This document shows, piece by piece, positions 44,801 through 53,789 of a stretch of DNA of 64,000 bases; positions within the stretch are counted from its first letter, which is position 1; each line of letters begins with the position of its first letter. The notes below the pieces were generated by a model. That model had not been told where the DNA came from. It saw only the letters and a list, made by a program, of their open reading frames with translations, and searched no databases. Position numbers and translations under genes: made by a program. This DNA comes from Botryllus schlosseri (taxonomy: Eukaryota). The stretch spans positions 17,298,001 through 17,362,000 of the forward strand of contig CM119380.1 in assembly GCA_051294905.1 (NCBI GenBank), written 5' to 3'.

Positions 44801-45978
44801 AACTTCTACTTTTTCGGAGTACTCAAGTAGATTTGCCTACTTCCGCTACTGCGACTAACTGCTGAAAGTATGCGACCCCTCGATCAAATCTACTTTTCAA
44901 ACTGCTTACTTGAGTAATTTTCAGAAAATTCCGTACTTCCACTTAAAGTAATTTCACATATATCTGAAATTGCTACTTCTACCTGCAACTAATTAAAAAT
45001 TTACGGTGTTTCTTCTCATTCTGCTTGAGTAGCAACGCAGATTATACTTCGTCAACCTCTGCTTATAATCATAGCAACGCGTTCGCATTCACTAGCCGTC
45101 GAGATGTAAAAGCACGGCAACATCACTTTGTCATACTTACGTCGCAGCACAGTGCCGTGTCCTAAACGCAATCCCGCCTCCGCAGGTGCGCGAACATGGC
45201 GACCAATCGCTCCACAGCGACAACCGGGCGTTGCCGGTTATGTCGTGCGTCGACGATCGCGTGTTTGGAGGCGACATATCAAACAGATTGGCTTGGACTG
45301 TTTCTTCAACATCCGGACGGGGTATATCTAACGCGGGATCTACAGGACCGCGACGGAGGTAGAGGCCTTTCGCCACTGTTTCAACATCTCTCGGTCTTTT
45401 GTTGCTCGCTTGGCCATCGCGTGTGAACAAATTCTCGGTACTCCCCTGAAAAAATAACAAGTCCCATTATTTCACATATTTCGTTTGATGGTTGTAACGA
45501 CATATCAAGTGGCTAATACGATCGCTATAGTGAGAGTGACGCTATCGATTGGAAAGCGGGGCCGTGTTTGATGGATGTAGTCAAAGACCGATGTACTTCG
45601 CGTGCAAATAAATCGTAATCTCTCTGCGGTGTCGGAAATGAATGGTGCGTCCCAACGTCAGGATAAAGTCCCCACAAACAAAGATATTAGAAATACTCTG
45701 TTTATACATGGAAACTTTCATATCGCGGTGTACGCGTGGTGGGCGATGCGATAACATCGACTGAACGAGTAAGTCTATTGAACGAAATGAAAGTGACAAA
45801 TCTCCGCCATGTCCACTAGTCACGAAGGTCAGTTATCACGAAACGAAGTACACAATTTGTCGCCGATAAGTGGTATCAGGCACGGTAGATCAGCACGCGC
45901 GCTACAAGTAACAAACACACCTACCCGGCCTCCTCCAAGTATTGTCAGAAAAGAAAAGACGACGAACACCTCATTCAT
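11671..45978 (-). CDS. ADAMTSL5: ADAMTS-like protein 5-like (THSD6-like) gene, 13 coding exons, 605 aa, secreted ECM protein
   Basis: join complement(45925-45978, 45141-45445, 42264-42339, 40557-40656, 38357-38490, 36691-36811, 35298-35384, 27364-27539, 17478-17613, 16267-16421, 15755-15836, 12403-12605, 11671-11859) = 1818 nt. All introns are GT-AG with compatible phases. The TSR + Cys-rich + spacer + NTR order with no protease domain is the ADAMTSL5 architecture. The symbol rests on architecture, not on phylogeny. Confidence 0.9.
12403..12605 (-). CDS. ADAMTSL5: ADAMTSL5-like coding exon 12 (NTR core)
   Basis: ttctgttacag|CT ... AAC|gtgagt. Reads AFHVRVLSRR...RYTVEILHSYRSNVKVLRREYMWVSRTCCPRLRPYKHYLLMGR, comparable to the NTR motif RYEV..REYVW..CPCP.L..YL. 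Confidence 0.93.
13841..13889. repeat. Perfect 23-bp tandem duplication
   Basis: GTGGATCCCGCATTATTGTGCAA twice, followed by GTG. Confidence 0.9.
15755..15836 (-). CDS. ADAMTSL5: ADAMTSL5-like coding exon 11 (NTR start)
   Basis: gatttcag|AAA ... TTC G|gtgagt. Reads KSRKSNASCMACRRGPNRKQQFCDNDF, the CxxC...FC.xDF NTR signature. Too short for the ORF track. Confidence 0.92.
16267..16421 (-). CDS. ADAMTSL5: ADAMTSL5-like coding exon 10 (Thr/Pro-rich linker)
   Basis: Acceptor catttcag|AT (phase 1). Reads DDFMDQILAAGLDPHAVVVPTAANTTTVPPTTLPAVTTNTSPPRRKPAKSYK. The donor AAG|gttcgc is uncertain; an in-frame alternative lies at 16174. Confidence 0.7.
17478..17613 (-). CDS. ADAMTSL5: ADAMTSL5-like coding exon 9 (end of spacer)
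   Basis: tgtttag|ATG ... GAA G|gtaaac. Reads MLIIDKKQPYVEFEYWIPRNES..., the spacer end motif (compare PxIEFEFWLP). Confidence 0.9.
18061..18285. repeat. Palindromic (foldback) unit, partial copy
   Basis: GCTACTGTCGCACTGATTCCGAAAATATGCATTAAAAT...ATTTTAATGTATATTTTCAGA with inverted arms. Paralogous to 18445-18695. Confidence 0.7.
18361..18773. repeat. ~410-bp imperfect palindrome (foldback MITE-like)
   Basis: CAATTGGAACGCAACAT...CACTCAAATTAAAAAAAGTTGAGCTTATTT on the left is mirrored by AAATAAGATCAACTTTATTTAATTTGAGGG...ATGCTGCGTTCAGATTG on the right. Confidence 0.75.
18876..19012 (+). promoter_or_regulatory. Putative internal promoter: inverted CCAAT boxes plus an ETS site
   Basis: ATTGG at 18876, 18886, 18949 and 19008, three of them as GATTGGTTNAAAA. 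CGGAAGT at 18963 and CACGTG nearby. It lies ~1.1 kb upstream of the SAMD3-like ATG. Motif evidence only. Confidence 0.4.
19743..19916. mobile_element. hAT MITE, 174 bp, nested in the CACTA element
   Basis: TIR CAATGTTCCCTCTAA / TTAGAGGGAACATTG and perfect TSD ATGGTGAG. A 61-bp decayed relative lies at 22550-22610. Confidence 0.92.
20542..21409. mobile_element. hAT (CAG-ended) MITE, 868 bp, with an internal inverted repeat
   Basis: CAGGGGTGACCAACC / GGTTGGCCATTCCTG and perfect TSD GTCTATAT (20534-20541 / 21410-21417). Confidence 0.9.
21519..21770. mobile_element. Left-end fragment of the TAGGGCGATT hAT MITE family
   Basis: TAGGGTGATTTT start, colinear with 43532-43760. No right end or TSD found. 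Confidence 0.65.
22994..23505. mobile_element. hAT (TAG-ended) MITE, 512 bp
   Basis: TIR TAGGGCCATT / AATGGCCCTA and TSD ATTATAAC / ATTATTAC (7/8). Confidence 0.85.
24697..25071. mobile_element. hAT (TAGGGTTACCAT family) MITE, 375 bp
   Basis: TAGGCTTACCAT / ATGGTAACCCTA, perfect TSD TTATTAGG, and AAAGAGGACA subterminal repeats. Same family as 59585-59973. Confidence 0.9.
25349..26205. repeat. Minisatellite, about 7 diverged units of ~125 bp
   Basis: The AAACT anchor recurs at 25571, 25695, 25821, 25947, 26074 and 26197. The unit includes CAAAACTTC..GTTAGG..CTGTGGC..GTAGTAAATTAATT..GTCAATATTTTTAGCCGTT. Confidence 0.92.
27364..27539 (-). CDS. ADAMTSL5: ADAMTSL5-like coding exon 8 (spacer)
   Basis: ttacatttcag|CT ... 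ATG|gtatgt. Reads ALMEVAGSSEEYILNGNWVVEWTRQFQAAGSIGTYERNKAEDDETLHIIGPTEKELKIM, with the YxLNGxW, AAG and GPT spacer motifs. Confidence 0.95.
27823..29113. mobile_element. Non-autonomous TIR element (hAT-like), 1291 bp
   Basis: 12-bp TIR CAGAGGTGGTCA with dense AAGTAG/CTACTT subterminal repeats. The TSD is ambiguous (AGTATG / AGTATA). A one-ended relative lies at 44780-45030. Confidence 0.78.
30248..30455. mobile_element. Hairpin mini-retroposon (Penelope-like pLTR derivative) with minimal hammerhead motifs
   Basis: ~65-bp inverted arms with 1 mismatch, a ~40-bp tail, and a 12-bp TSD AACTACCAAGAC (30236-30247 / 30456-30467). Confidence 0.75.
30277..30310 (-). ncRNA. Putative minimal type I hammerhead ribozyme (dimer-type)
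   Basis: Minus strand reads ACCC-CUGACGA-G-UGUCAGC-C-GAA-AAUAUU-C-GGGU: intact core, 4-bp stem I, 1-bp stem II, palindromic stem III, UUC cleavage triplet. Activity is untested. Confidence 0.6.
30840..31394. mobile_element. hAT (TAGGGTTGCATTTAAAAC family) MITE, 555 bp
   Basis: Long TIR and perfect TSD GATATAGT. Same family as 35591-36109 and 51843-52360. Confidence 0.92.
32714..32737. repeat. (AG)n microsatellite
   Basis: agagagaaagagagagagagagag. Confidence 0.85.
32822..33380 (-). mobile_element. 5'-truncated non-LTR retrotransposon with a restriction-like endonuclease (R4/NeSL/HERO-type) 3' end
   Basis: 33093-33380 reads ECLFIELAVPADYNLLQKESEKHSKYAELKMECEKMWRCKINIVPIVIGATGVV...QKITLLGTVHILRKAL*, the RLE C-terminal motifs (D/E.AVP.D, K..KY..L, P.VIGA.G, LLGT..ILRK). 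AATAAA at 32835-32840 is followed by a short TAA-repeat tail. Confidence 0.85.
35298..35384 (-). CDS. ADAMTSL5: ADAMTSL5-like coding exon 7 (spacer start)
   Basis: ttttatcgcag|AT ... TTA G|gtaagt. Reads DITVGYKLIATVPIGATHIRAKDYNENFL (GY..V..IP.GA.HI motif). An in-phase alternative acceptor lies at 35375. Confidence 0.92.
35591..36109. mobile_element. hAT MITE (TAGGGTTGCATTTAAAAC family), 519 bp
   Basis: TIRs present; TSD GATAGAAC / CATAGAAA (6/8). Internally colinear with 30840-31394. Confidence 0.85.
36691..36811 (-). CDS. ADAMTSL5: ADAMTSL5-like coding exon 6 (end of Cys-rich module)
   Basis: tttttatcag|AAA ... GGA G|gtaaac. Reads [27 protein letters not shown], the hallmark GCD..LGS...D.CGVCGG.NSTC motif. 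Confidence 0.96.
37759..37924. mobile_element. Second, older copy of the hairpin mini-retroposon, in inverted orientation
   Basis: Shares arm and tail with 30248-30455. 13-bp TSD AACCAGTGTAATC / AACCAGTATAATC (37746-37758 / 37925-37937). Confidence 0.75.
38357..38490 (-). CDS. ADAMTSL5: ADAMTSL5-like coding exon 5 (Cys-rich module)
   Basis: cttcgatcag|GA ... GTG|gtgagt. Reads KEGNTCELTCMTSNYMFYNVFGVLHDGTRCGAQRKGICVKGECV (C.L.C...FY...DGT.C...CV.G.C). Confidence 0.95.
39414..40190. mobile_element. Foldback hAT MITE, 777 bp, with an internal 164-bp tandem duplication
   Basis: TIR TAGGGCTGTTC / GAACAGCCCTA and perfect TSD GTGCACAC. Nearly the whole element is an inverted repeat. 39625-39788 is repeated at 39789-39952. 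Confidence 0.92.
40557..40656 (-). CDS. ADAMTSL5: ADAMTSL5-like coding exon 4
   Basis: ctctttcgcag|GAG ... TTC G|gtaaat. Reads ECPTGSEDYLEMQCSQQNGKLFHERNFKWIPFF (CP....QC..N....W.P). Confidence 0.93.
41863..42062 (-). mobile_element. tRNA-derived SINE, copy 1
   Basis: B box GGTTCGAGTCC (42011-42021), body shared with the two other copies, and an (AAC)n tail. Confidence 0.7.
42264..42339 (-). CDS. ADAMTSL5: ADAMTSL5-like coding exon 3 (end of TSR)
   Basis: ctttgaacag|G ... GAG|gtgagt. Reads MGFTKTDHSVQCGGQETEHKLCYTE and supplies TSR Cys 4-5. Phase 2 to 0 bridges its neighbours exactly. Confidence 0.9.
42521..42799 (-). mobile_element. tRNA-derived SINE, copy 2
   Basis: Head GATAGCGTAGTGATG...GGATCGAGTCCAGACTCCAGAAT, with the shared body GGTGTAAATGAACATTG and an AAC-rich tail. 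Confidence 0.7.
43532..44738. mobile_element. hAT (TAGGGCGATT family) element, 1207 bp, with a nested SINE
   Basis: TIR TAGGGCGATTTTTTT, perfect TSD CTCATAAC, and TTTTGAC subterminal repeats. Confidence 0.92.
43987..44276 (+). mobile_element. tRNA-derived SINE, copy 3 (nested)
   Basis: A-box-like TAGCGTAGCGGTA, B-box-like GGTTCTAGTCC (44040-44050), and an A/AAC-rich tail. Confidence 0.72.
44780..45030. mobile_element. One-ended fragment of the CAGAGGTGGTCA family
   Basis: Reverse-complement match to ~28930-29113, with CTACTT repeats. Confidence 0.7.
45141..45445 (-). CDS. ADAMTSL5: ADAMTSL5-like coding exon 2 (N-terminal linker and TSR start)
   Basis: tatttttttcag|GGG ... AC|gtaagt. Ends ...LWSDWSPCSRTCGGGIAFRTRHC, the WxxWxxCSxTCGxG TSP1 signature. 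Confidence 0.95.
45925..45978 (-). CDS. ADAMTSL5: ADAMTSL5-like coding exon 1 (signal peptide)
   Basis: caccATGa context with an in-frame TAG 18 nt upstream. Reads MNEVFVVFSFLTILGGGR (hydrophobic core). Donor CGG|gtaggt is phase 0, matching exon 2. Confidence 0.78.
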
Positions 45979-46115
45979 GGTGCGCGGTGATTGTGAAAAC
46001 TACAATATCCAGTCAGAAATTACGCTATGATTAATCTGTAAAAAGTAGAGCGTGCAATCCGTGCATTCATGAGACGACAAGTCATTACAAAGCGAGTTGA
46101 TGCTACAATGCACAT

Positions 46116-46351
46116 TAGGGCTCTTCAAAAATGACTTTTTTTCTCAACACTTTCATGGGGTGAACAGAAAATTTTCAAATTTTTTATTATTTATTTCTAT
46201 ATTATAAATAGAAACTTTCTTCTCCTGTAGCAAAGCGGTTACTGGCTGGAATTGAACCAAATTTTGTGTGTAGGCTTAAATTAGGTAACCTAACAATTTT
46301 ATCAAGTAGCCAGTACGATTTGAGAAAAAAAGTCATATTTGAAGAGCCCTA
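46116..46351. mobile_element. hAT MITE, 236 bp (single-arm relative of 39414-40190)
   Basis: TIR TAGGGCTCTTCAAA / TTTGAAGAGCCCTA and perfect TSD ATGCACAT. Confidence 0.92.
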
Positions 46352-47887
46352 ATGCACATGGCACAACCACCTGAACCAGCGCTCCTTAAACAGTGGCAGA
46401 ATTTTAGCTGGTAGACGAGTAAGTTTTCTGTTGTTCTCAACAGCTTAGAGTCTGCAAGAGTGATGGTATTGACTGATTGCGTCCAGCGGAATATCCGCCT
46501 TCACAGGTTTATCTGCGCGTGCGCGCGAGATCAAGGTGGTTGCCGGTCTATCACAAAAAGAGAAATGCTTCGCATCTCAATAGACTTCCGAATAAACAAA
46601 ATTCATGTGCGATACCGTAGCCGACAAACTTTAAAGCCCTAATTTCGACGGGGCACGGCTTACAAAGAGCCTAAAATTCAACATCAATTTTGCATGAGTT
46701 CACTGTCTGGGCCCTATAGGGTCTACTCTATAAGAACACTTTCCTTGAAATTGGTTCGGTATCCTGAAAAAACATTACACTCTTCTCGCAATTACCAATC
46801 CTGAATGGAAATAACTGATCTAATTAAACTTGGGTCTCTCTAAGAGCGGCTTTTATAGAAAATATGGTGATTTGCACAATTATGGTATCGACAATTTGTC
46901 TCTGGTGTTTTGCAGGTGTGTCTGAGAAATTTACATATCATTTTTACTCGGTGGGAGGCGCAGCCATTGCAAGATACCAGCAGTCGGTGCACAATGCACA
47001 TGCACAATCAATAAATGGTCAGAACCACTATTCTAGACGGTACGTGCCCATCACTATTTGCATAAACCGGATATTTTGGCCTGGTGTCATGATATTACGG
47101 TTATTAATAGGTTATCACTCGCTGATGTCGATTCAGTCCTTTTTGTGGATTTCCAGTACGGGTTTTGTGAGAATGGTTCAATCCAAGCGAGTGGAGGTGG
47201 ATAGAACCTCACCGAGTTCGACCTGATTTAAGCCTGATATGGACCGGTATATGGAGAACCAGGTTGAGGATACAATATTCCGGGAATAGTACCACCCATC
47301 ACTTATCCGCATCCCGCCTCACGATCATCAAACATGAAAGGCCCGGCCACTAATGAACTGCAAGTCGTTTTGTTGCGATACAGCGAAGTCTTGCGCGGGC
47401 TGTTCAACATATTGCAGTAAATAACCGGATCACCGTAATACTCTGAGATAATTCCGTTATCTTGGAAAGTTTGAAATTGCGGTTGTTGCTAACACCGCAA
47501 AAGCGGAGTCAAGCAAGGTGTACGAGATGTTATCGGCCGTGCAACGTGATTAACAAAAACAATCACGCTTTGCTTCGATTACTGATTCTCTTTCATGTAA
47601 AAGATGCATACGAAACGTTGCTAATTACTAAGTGTTCTGAGCGGTTTACAAATTGATGAAACATATCTGCGGAAAGTTATTTTCGTACTATATGCTTCGA
47701 TTTGGAGCGTGTATAGTATACGGTGTTGATCTTTCTGTAATGCATCGGGATACTTCAAAACAGTTTTTGTGAAGATCTGTGTCATAATCCGAAAACTGAA
47801 ACTCGATCTACACATGTAACTTTGAAAGTGCTGGGATTACGTCTAACTTCAAGACTTTGAGAGTCAAAAGTATAGCGCAGTAATTGG

Positions 47888-48285
47888 AATTCTGAATTCT
47901 GAATTCTAAATTCTAAATTCTAAATTCTAAATTCTAAATCAGTGCTTCTCAACCTTTTTTTAGACACGCCCACCATCATGACAGTGAAAAATCTCGCGCC
48001 CCCTTATCGTCATATCGCAAAATCCAACCGGGATGCCAGCAAACCCAACAGATCGTTTGATGGCACGGAAGGCTATGACTGTTGATGAGAGAATTCAAAA
48101 ATATGAAATTCGGTATATATATAGAGAGAAACACGCGGGAATCGGAGGTAAATCGCGCAGAGAGTGAAATTTTTTTTCAGTTGACCGCTTCTTCGCGCCC
48201 CCTTCAGATGCTTTCGCACGTGCCCGCCCAGGTTGAGAACCACTGATCTAAATTCTAAATTCTAAATTCTAAATTTCAAATTCCA
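47888..48285. repeat. (RAATTCT)n heptamer array split by a MITE
   Basis: About 7 units before 47940 and about 4-5 after 48245. Confidence 0.85.
47940..48245. mobile_element. hAT (CAGTG-ended) MITE, 306 bp
   Basis: CAGTGCTTCTCAACC / GGTTGAGAACCACTG and TSD TTCTAAAT / ATCTAAAT. Confidence 0.9.
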
Positions 48286-51200
48286 AATGCGACTGGAAAG
48301 ATTCTTGGCGCTTGAACTTGGCCTCTCGCTGCTTTGCTATACAGACGGAACCCAATTTTACTCGCAAAATACCTAAATCTCAATTCGAATTTAGTACCAA
48401 CGACACAGATACGATCTTGGATTTCTGGAAGAGGTTATACTATTTCGGTAAAACCATGTTCCTTATCTTCCCATTTTCTCTCGAGGAAAGTTGATATAGA
48501 ACCTCGTCCGTGACGATTAAATCCAATCAGAACAGACAATGTATCACTCGAGTTATTGACTTTTCTAGCTGCACCACTTGCCTCGCCTTGCTGCAAAAAC
48601 AGACTTACTCCGGATCAACGTCAGACTCGCTGTTAGCATAACATTTGAACCTAATGACCCATTCCCGTTTCAATGAGGTTTTGCGTGGGTTTTCACCAAA
48701 CTATACACGATTTTCCAAGAGTGCTCTCATCGAATTTCAATGCAGTTTACAGTCGCGCGAGAAATCAGTTGTAGGAAGTAACGTTGGTCTGAAACCAGTC
48801 GTGAAGATATGATTGACGGGTCAAGATGATCGAAATAACCTCGTATATTTTATCATTTGAGTGCTGGATGCTGGAAATCCGTATCCTAAGTCTTGAAACG
48901 GAACATGATTAAAATCGAATTTAATAAAAACTTCAATCAGTAATGTAGGCGTACTTAAAACGTGTTAAATTGTTTATCATGAGCTCAAACGCACAAATAT
49001 TCGACAAAGCTAAGTCAAGTCGTTATTTGTAGATACCTGATCCTGGCCGTGCTTACTCATTGCTCAGTTGCTCACTCTAACCTTCGTTTGCATACAAAAC
49101 AAGAGAACACGTTGGCGCTGATAAAATAGAGTGAGTCTAACCAAAACATGCGTTGATTCCACAGTTTTCACTATCGCAATCTATACGAGAAACAAACTGG
49201 CGATGAATAATTCAATAATTCACAGATGCGCTACAAAATTCACTGTATCAATGGTTAGTGCATCTTTCAGCATACGTCCGCATAAGCCCTCAGCGCTATT
49301 GAGGCTAAAGATGATGGCTTTCACGGTACTAGTTATACTAAAATGAGTTCAATAGTTGTAAATGTTAATTACTGATGATTATATGATCAGATCATTGATC
49401 ATGACTGCCACTGTTATTGTCGCAATTGCATGAACCTCTCTTTGGTAACTGCAGTGTGGCCATTCAGACGTGGGTGATGGTTGTTTGACTGATAATAGAG
49501 ATAGAAGTGGTAATAGGCTGAGCTTAACAGATCTAATTAGCATTGATTTAACCGCTTCTGCCAGACACGAGTTTCAACTCGACTATCTTCGACCTCAATT
49601 CTACACGAGAGAATCCAAACTATTTGTCGCGATTTCGATGTGCCAGATACCTCAGAATTATCTAGTCTTGGATCACCGTACTGAGAGCTGTCAGAGGAAA
49701 TTTCAGAGCACAAATTATGTCCTTAGGGACCGCCGAATTGGTAATCAAATCCGCCGACCATAGATAGACGCCGCAAAACAAGACACTTTGCAAGGAATCT
49801 CACTAAACCCAATGGCGTATATGGGATCAGTTTAACTACAAACCCCACTAATTTCGGGGTTCACGCATCTATTATTATTGACTACGGATTTTATAAATCA
49901 CAACGCTGATGTGGACACAATGTTTTGCGTGAGATATGGCATTGGAATCGGAATAGTAATCCACATTAGAAGGCACCCCTATACTTATATGTATATCGTC
50001 TGTGAAATCAATACTTTACGTGATTTTTTTTCACAATAAGATGAAGTGGTGAACCGAAGTTGATGAAGTTATCTTTGTAGGCCATCGCGCGCACGTTGGC
50101 GTATTTTCAAACCATATCATCCGTAGTAAATTGATGTCTATATTGCCAATATTTCACGACTTAGGATAATTTTACATCATCGATTTCAAAACTAGTTCAC
50201 CACGTTTCCCAGTTTGACCACTTTCGAATATATCAAAGTAGATAAGAAACCGCGACCGCGGAACACTGTAATTAGAATAGCTAATCACTCGTATAACTTG
50301 ATAACTGGGTTTTGCGCATACGTTGTTAGATATGCAGTGTACCAGCGGAATGTACAGAATATAGATCTTCCACCGCATCTAGTTAACACCGTAATACGGT
50401 AATCCAAAACCTTGGCAGGAATATCTATATCGCTTCATCAAAATGTAGGGCGTGGACAGCAATATGAGTGTAATATTAAATTTGTCACATAAATGACATT
50501 TTTGCTCACAACCCTTTACGGTCACAGTGGCGGACACTGGGCACTCGTGGAAGCAAGGCGTGGGTAAAACCCACTCGCACCTCAACCTTTTCCGATTACT
50601 GACACCGCAAGGTCACGCCGATTGTATACCATATTGTAAAGATTGGTGGATTATCGTAGACCTCAGCAATGCTAATACGGGGTTACTGATGTCAAGTATC
50701 AAGCTACTATTAGAGTCGATCTCCGTATTCGTACGTCTGCGTATGAGCTGAGGCGTTTCCCAAATCGACACGCAACATATATCATGCATTGTTCGTTAGC
50801 AGGCTATGCTGTTAATATAATTCTTCCACAGCTACTATACGTGGGAATAATTTCGCACTGGTCGCGACTAGCGGATCAGCATTCCTCAAATAGCTTGAGT
50901 CGTAGTTGGAACCGAATTCCCCGCGCGCGCAATCTTTCATCGGTCTCTACCAAATCCAACAATCAACACACTTGAAATTGTCACCATCAAGTCGTGACCC
51001 TTGCTTCAAGTAGCAGTAAACCAAACACGAAATTCCTGATGTAAACACTAAGTCAATCACACTGTATCTTCTGTTGTCACAGGCCGAGAGGAAATGAAAT
51101 CAAATGAGGCGTGTGTGACGCTCGCAAATGCTCGAAATACCGGCGGGACTGAATCCACGCTTGCCGCCAAAGAGGTCGGCAGTGGGGTTACAAATACGTC

Positions 51201-51842
51201 GATTGACGATTGGACACAGCGATACCGAAGTGCTCACAATATTTAACAATTGGGCATATCATGTTTCTACAACAACAACATTACCTAATCGAATGATAAT
51301 TAAATTATAATTATTAATAAATATTAATGAATTATTATGAATCATTAGCAATAAATGACCTACCACTAAAATACCCCAGTATCATATTTTAGACGAAAAG
51401 CAAAATAGTCTATGTCTTGTTCCTGCAGAAATCCGATAGTAGCTGATAACTTGGTAGTTGCCAATTGATACACATAATAATGGGTGGCAGGTGCAGCTGT
51501 GATTTTGTAACCGTTTGAAGTATTTAATAGTTGATGTATACGGAGTGAGAAGCGCTATTCTAGAAGATCGCCACATCATTCCTTAAAATATGTGGGTTTG
51601 CCGAAGTAAGCAATGCTGCAAAATATTTTGCGTCATGCACGAGTGCTTTCTTACATCTCGCAATCCCCTTGCAGCTTTCCTGGCCTATCCAAGTACAGAA
51701 AACTACTAAAAGAATCAATCACGACTCCTGGAAATTATAGCCCACTACACGTATAGATGACCGTTTCAAGGCCCCAACGATCAAACCTGCCCGTTCTCAT
51801 CACGACTACACGCACAAGACTTCGAATTCGTGCACTTATGCC

Positions 51843-52360
51843 TGGGGTTGCGTTTAAAACAAATATCAATTAAAATTAAACGTGTTTAAAAAAGGCCCTT
51901 ATTAAAAGCATTTTTTATTTTCCAAGCAATGACGTCACGTATATTGAATTGTGACGTCACCGTGGTTTGATATTCACAATTGAAAATATATGGTAAATAT
52001 AGCTCCTTTGGCGAAATAGGCTTCCAACCCCTGTCATATACGGACCAAAAATATCTTTGACCAGGACTACATCGTCTTTCAGCATTTTTGCAGTCGGCGG
52101 TCATCATCATCAGAACATTCATTCCGTACCAATGATCTATATCTACGTACTGTAGCTGTTGAACCGACTATTTCGAGGGTTCAAACCATCCCATATCGTA
52201 TACGTCGGCTATATCCGGTGGTAATCGTCGTCCGCAGGCTCATGCAACATGTTTTTGGAAAGTATCTACACAATTATGGCATAATTATACAACAAAGCAC
52301 AATTTTTTCAAAAAGGCTTTCAAATTTATTATATTTTAATTTGTTTTAAATGCAACCCTA
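51843..52360. mobile_element. hAT MITE (TAGGGTTGCATTTAAAAC family), 518 bp, inverted relative to the other two copies
   Basis: TIRs present; TSD CTTATGCC / CTTCTGCA (6/8). Confidence 0.85.
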
Positions 52361-52511
52361 CTTCTGCAGGACTTTTTGATAAAGACTAGAAAATATATCA
52401 GGTATAAGAATCGCGATATATTGCAGTTTCTGTTGCATGTCATACTTCATTTGAACATACATACTATTGCGGAAATGTACATAAATGCGTCAGTTGATAT
52501 GGACACTAGAC

Positions 52512-53789
52512 CAGTGGTTCTCAACCTTTTTCGTCTCGCGGACCGGTAAAATTTCAAAAAATGTCTGGCGGACCGGTGAATTTTCAAAATTGAAATGAAG
52601 CCAAAATGTAGAGTATGCGACCGTTTTCTGCAATTATATGGTGCTAGAGAGCGACATTTAGAGGGTTTTGAGCGTAATTTATTATCTTCATGATGGCATC
52701 CAAGTGATTTTATGGTAGTCAGTCTGCTGAGTCGAGATAAAATTGCCTTGTCCAGATAAACGTACTACCGTTGAGAGTCGTTTACAATCGTTCGTGCCGA
52801 AGGCCGTGGGTTTAACCGACCACGCCAACTTGAATAATATCCTTTTGACAATATCGAGAGAACAAGCGTTTCGGAGTCGAACCAAGCACCTTCGTTCTAT
52901 CTTGCTCATTGCCCACTGCCACCAGACGCATAGGCTACTCTGGCAACTACGAATGCTATGCGTGCCGCAAGAAAACACCTTACAGCGACTCTACCGCCCC
53001 CATAGACCCTACACGTGGGTGGATGTTTTCACCTGTACTTGTGAGCACACTCATTCTACTCAGTGTCAGCAGAGAGTTTATGCGGCTTCATCGCACCAAT
53101 AGCGAAAATTTTCGATCATTCATGACTGAATCGGTTTTCTCGCTGCCGAATTTTGGCACACCGTTTGGAGTTCCATGTTAGCCTTAACTTCATTATGTGT
53201 TGGCACGTCGTGGCGCGGTAATGGCTGACGCTGAAATGCCTATTTTTAAAAATCATGCGTGTTTCGCGGAGAAGGGCACCTAGACATTTTTAGCGACACC
53301 TAATCGCGAAAAGCGCGAAAAGAAATTGAAAAATGTTGGAAAAAGTCTCAAAAAATACAGTATGATTTATGTTCATTTTCTAAATAATTTTGGGCTCTTT
53401 TCAAGCTCGGCCCCTCTCCAATTGGGCGGTTTGGGGGGACCCGTTACGGACATGCACAAAATAAATGAATGAAAAACGAATGATCGCGCAAACTGCGCTG
53501 GTTAGAGATGACTCAGCTCGTATCTGTTCTGTACTTGTCGCTCGCATGTCGTCTAATGACACGTCTTGAACTTGAAGTCAAATCAAACATATTTCCATAG
53601 CCATAATGTCACCTCACGAAGGTCTGAATCGTCATTTCAAAATTTGATGTTTTATTTATTTTACTAATGGACACGCCTTCAACATTGCATCTTGAACTTA
53701 TGGTATAAAATTGTAATATACCTGGCGGACCGGCAAGAATGTCGTCGCGGACCGGCAACGGTCCGCGGACCGGTGGTTGAGAACCACTG
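52512..53789. mobile_element. hAT (CAGTG-ended) non-autonomous element, 1278 bp
   Basis: Perfect 15-bp TIR CAGTGGTTCTCAACC, perfect TSD CACTAGAC, and CGCGGACCGG subterminal repeats. Confidence 0.93.

Noticed and set aside
48600-48730. Minus-strand exon-like segment (FGENPRKTSLKREWVIRFKC) with a gtaagt donor
   Set aside because: In-frame stop upstream, no partner exons, and the THAP-like resemblance is too weak. It could be a non-coding first exon but there is no support for that.
51100-51230. Minus-strand tRNA/SINE-like head
   Set aside because: Degenerate boxes, a single copy in the window, and no tail or TSD found.
52688-53181. Overlapping 90-119-aa ORFs inside the 52512-53789 element as transposase
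   Set aside because: No BED, DDE or dimerisation motifs recognisable.
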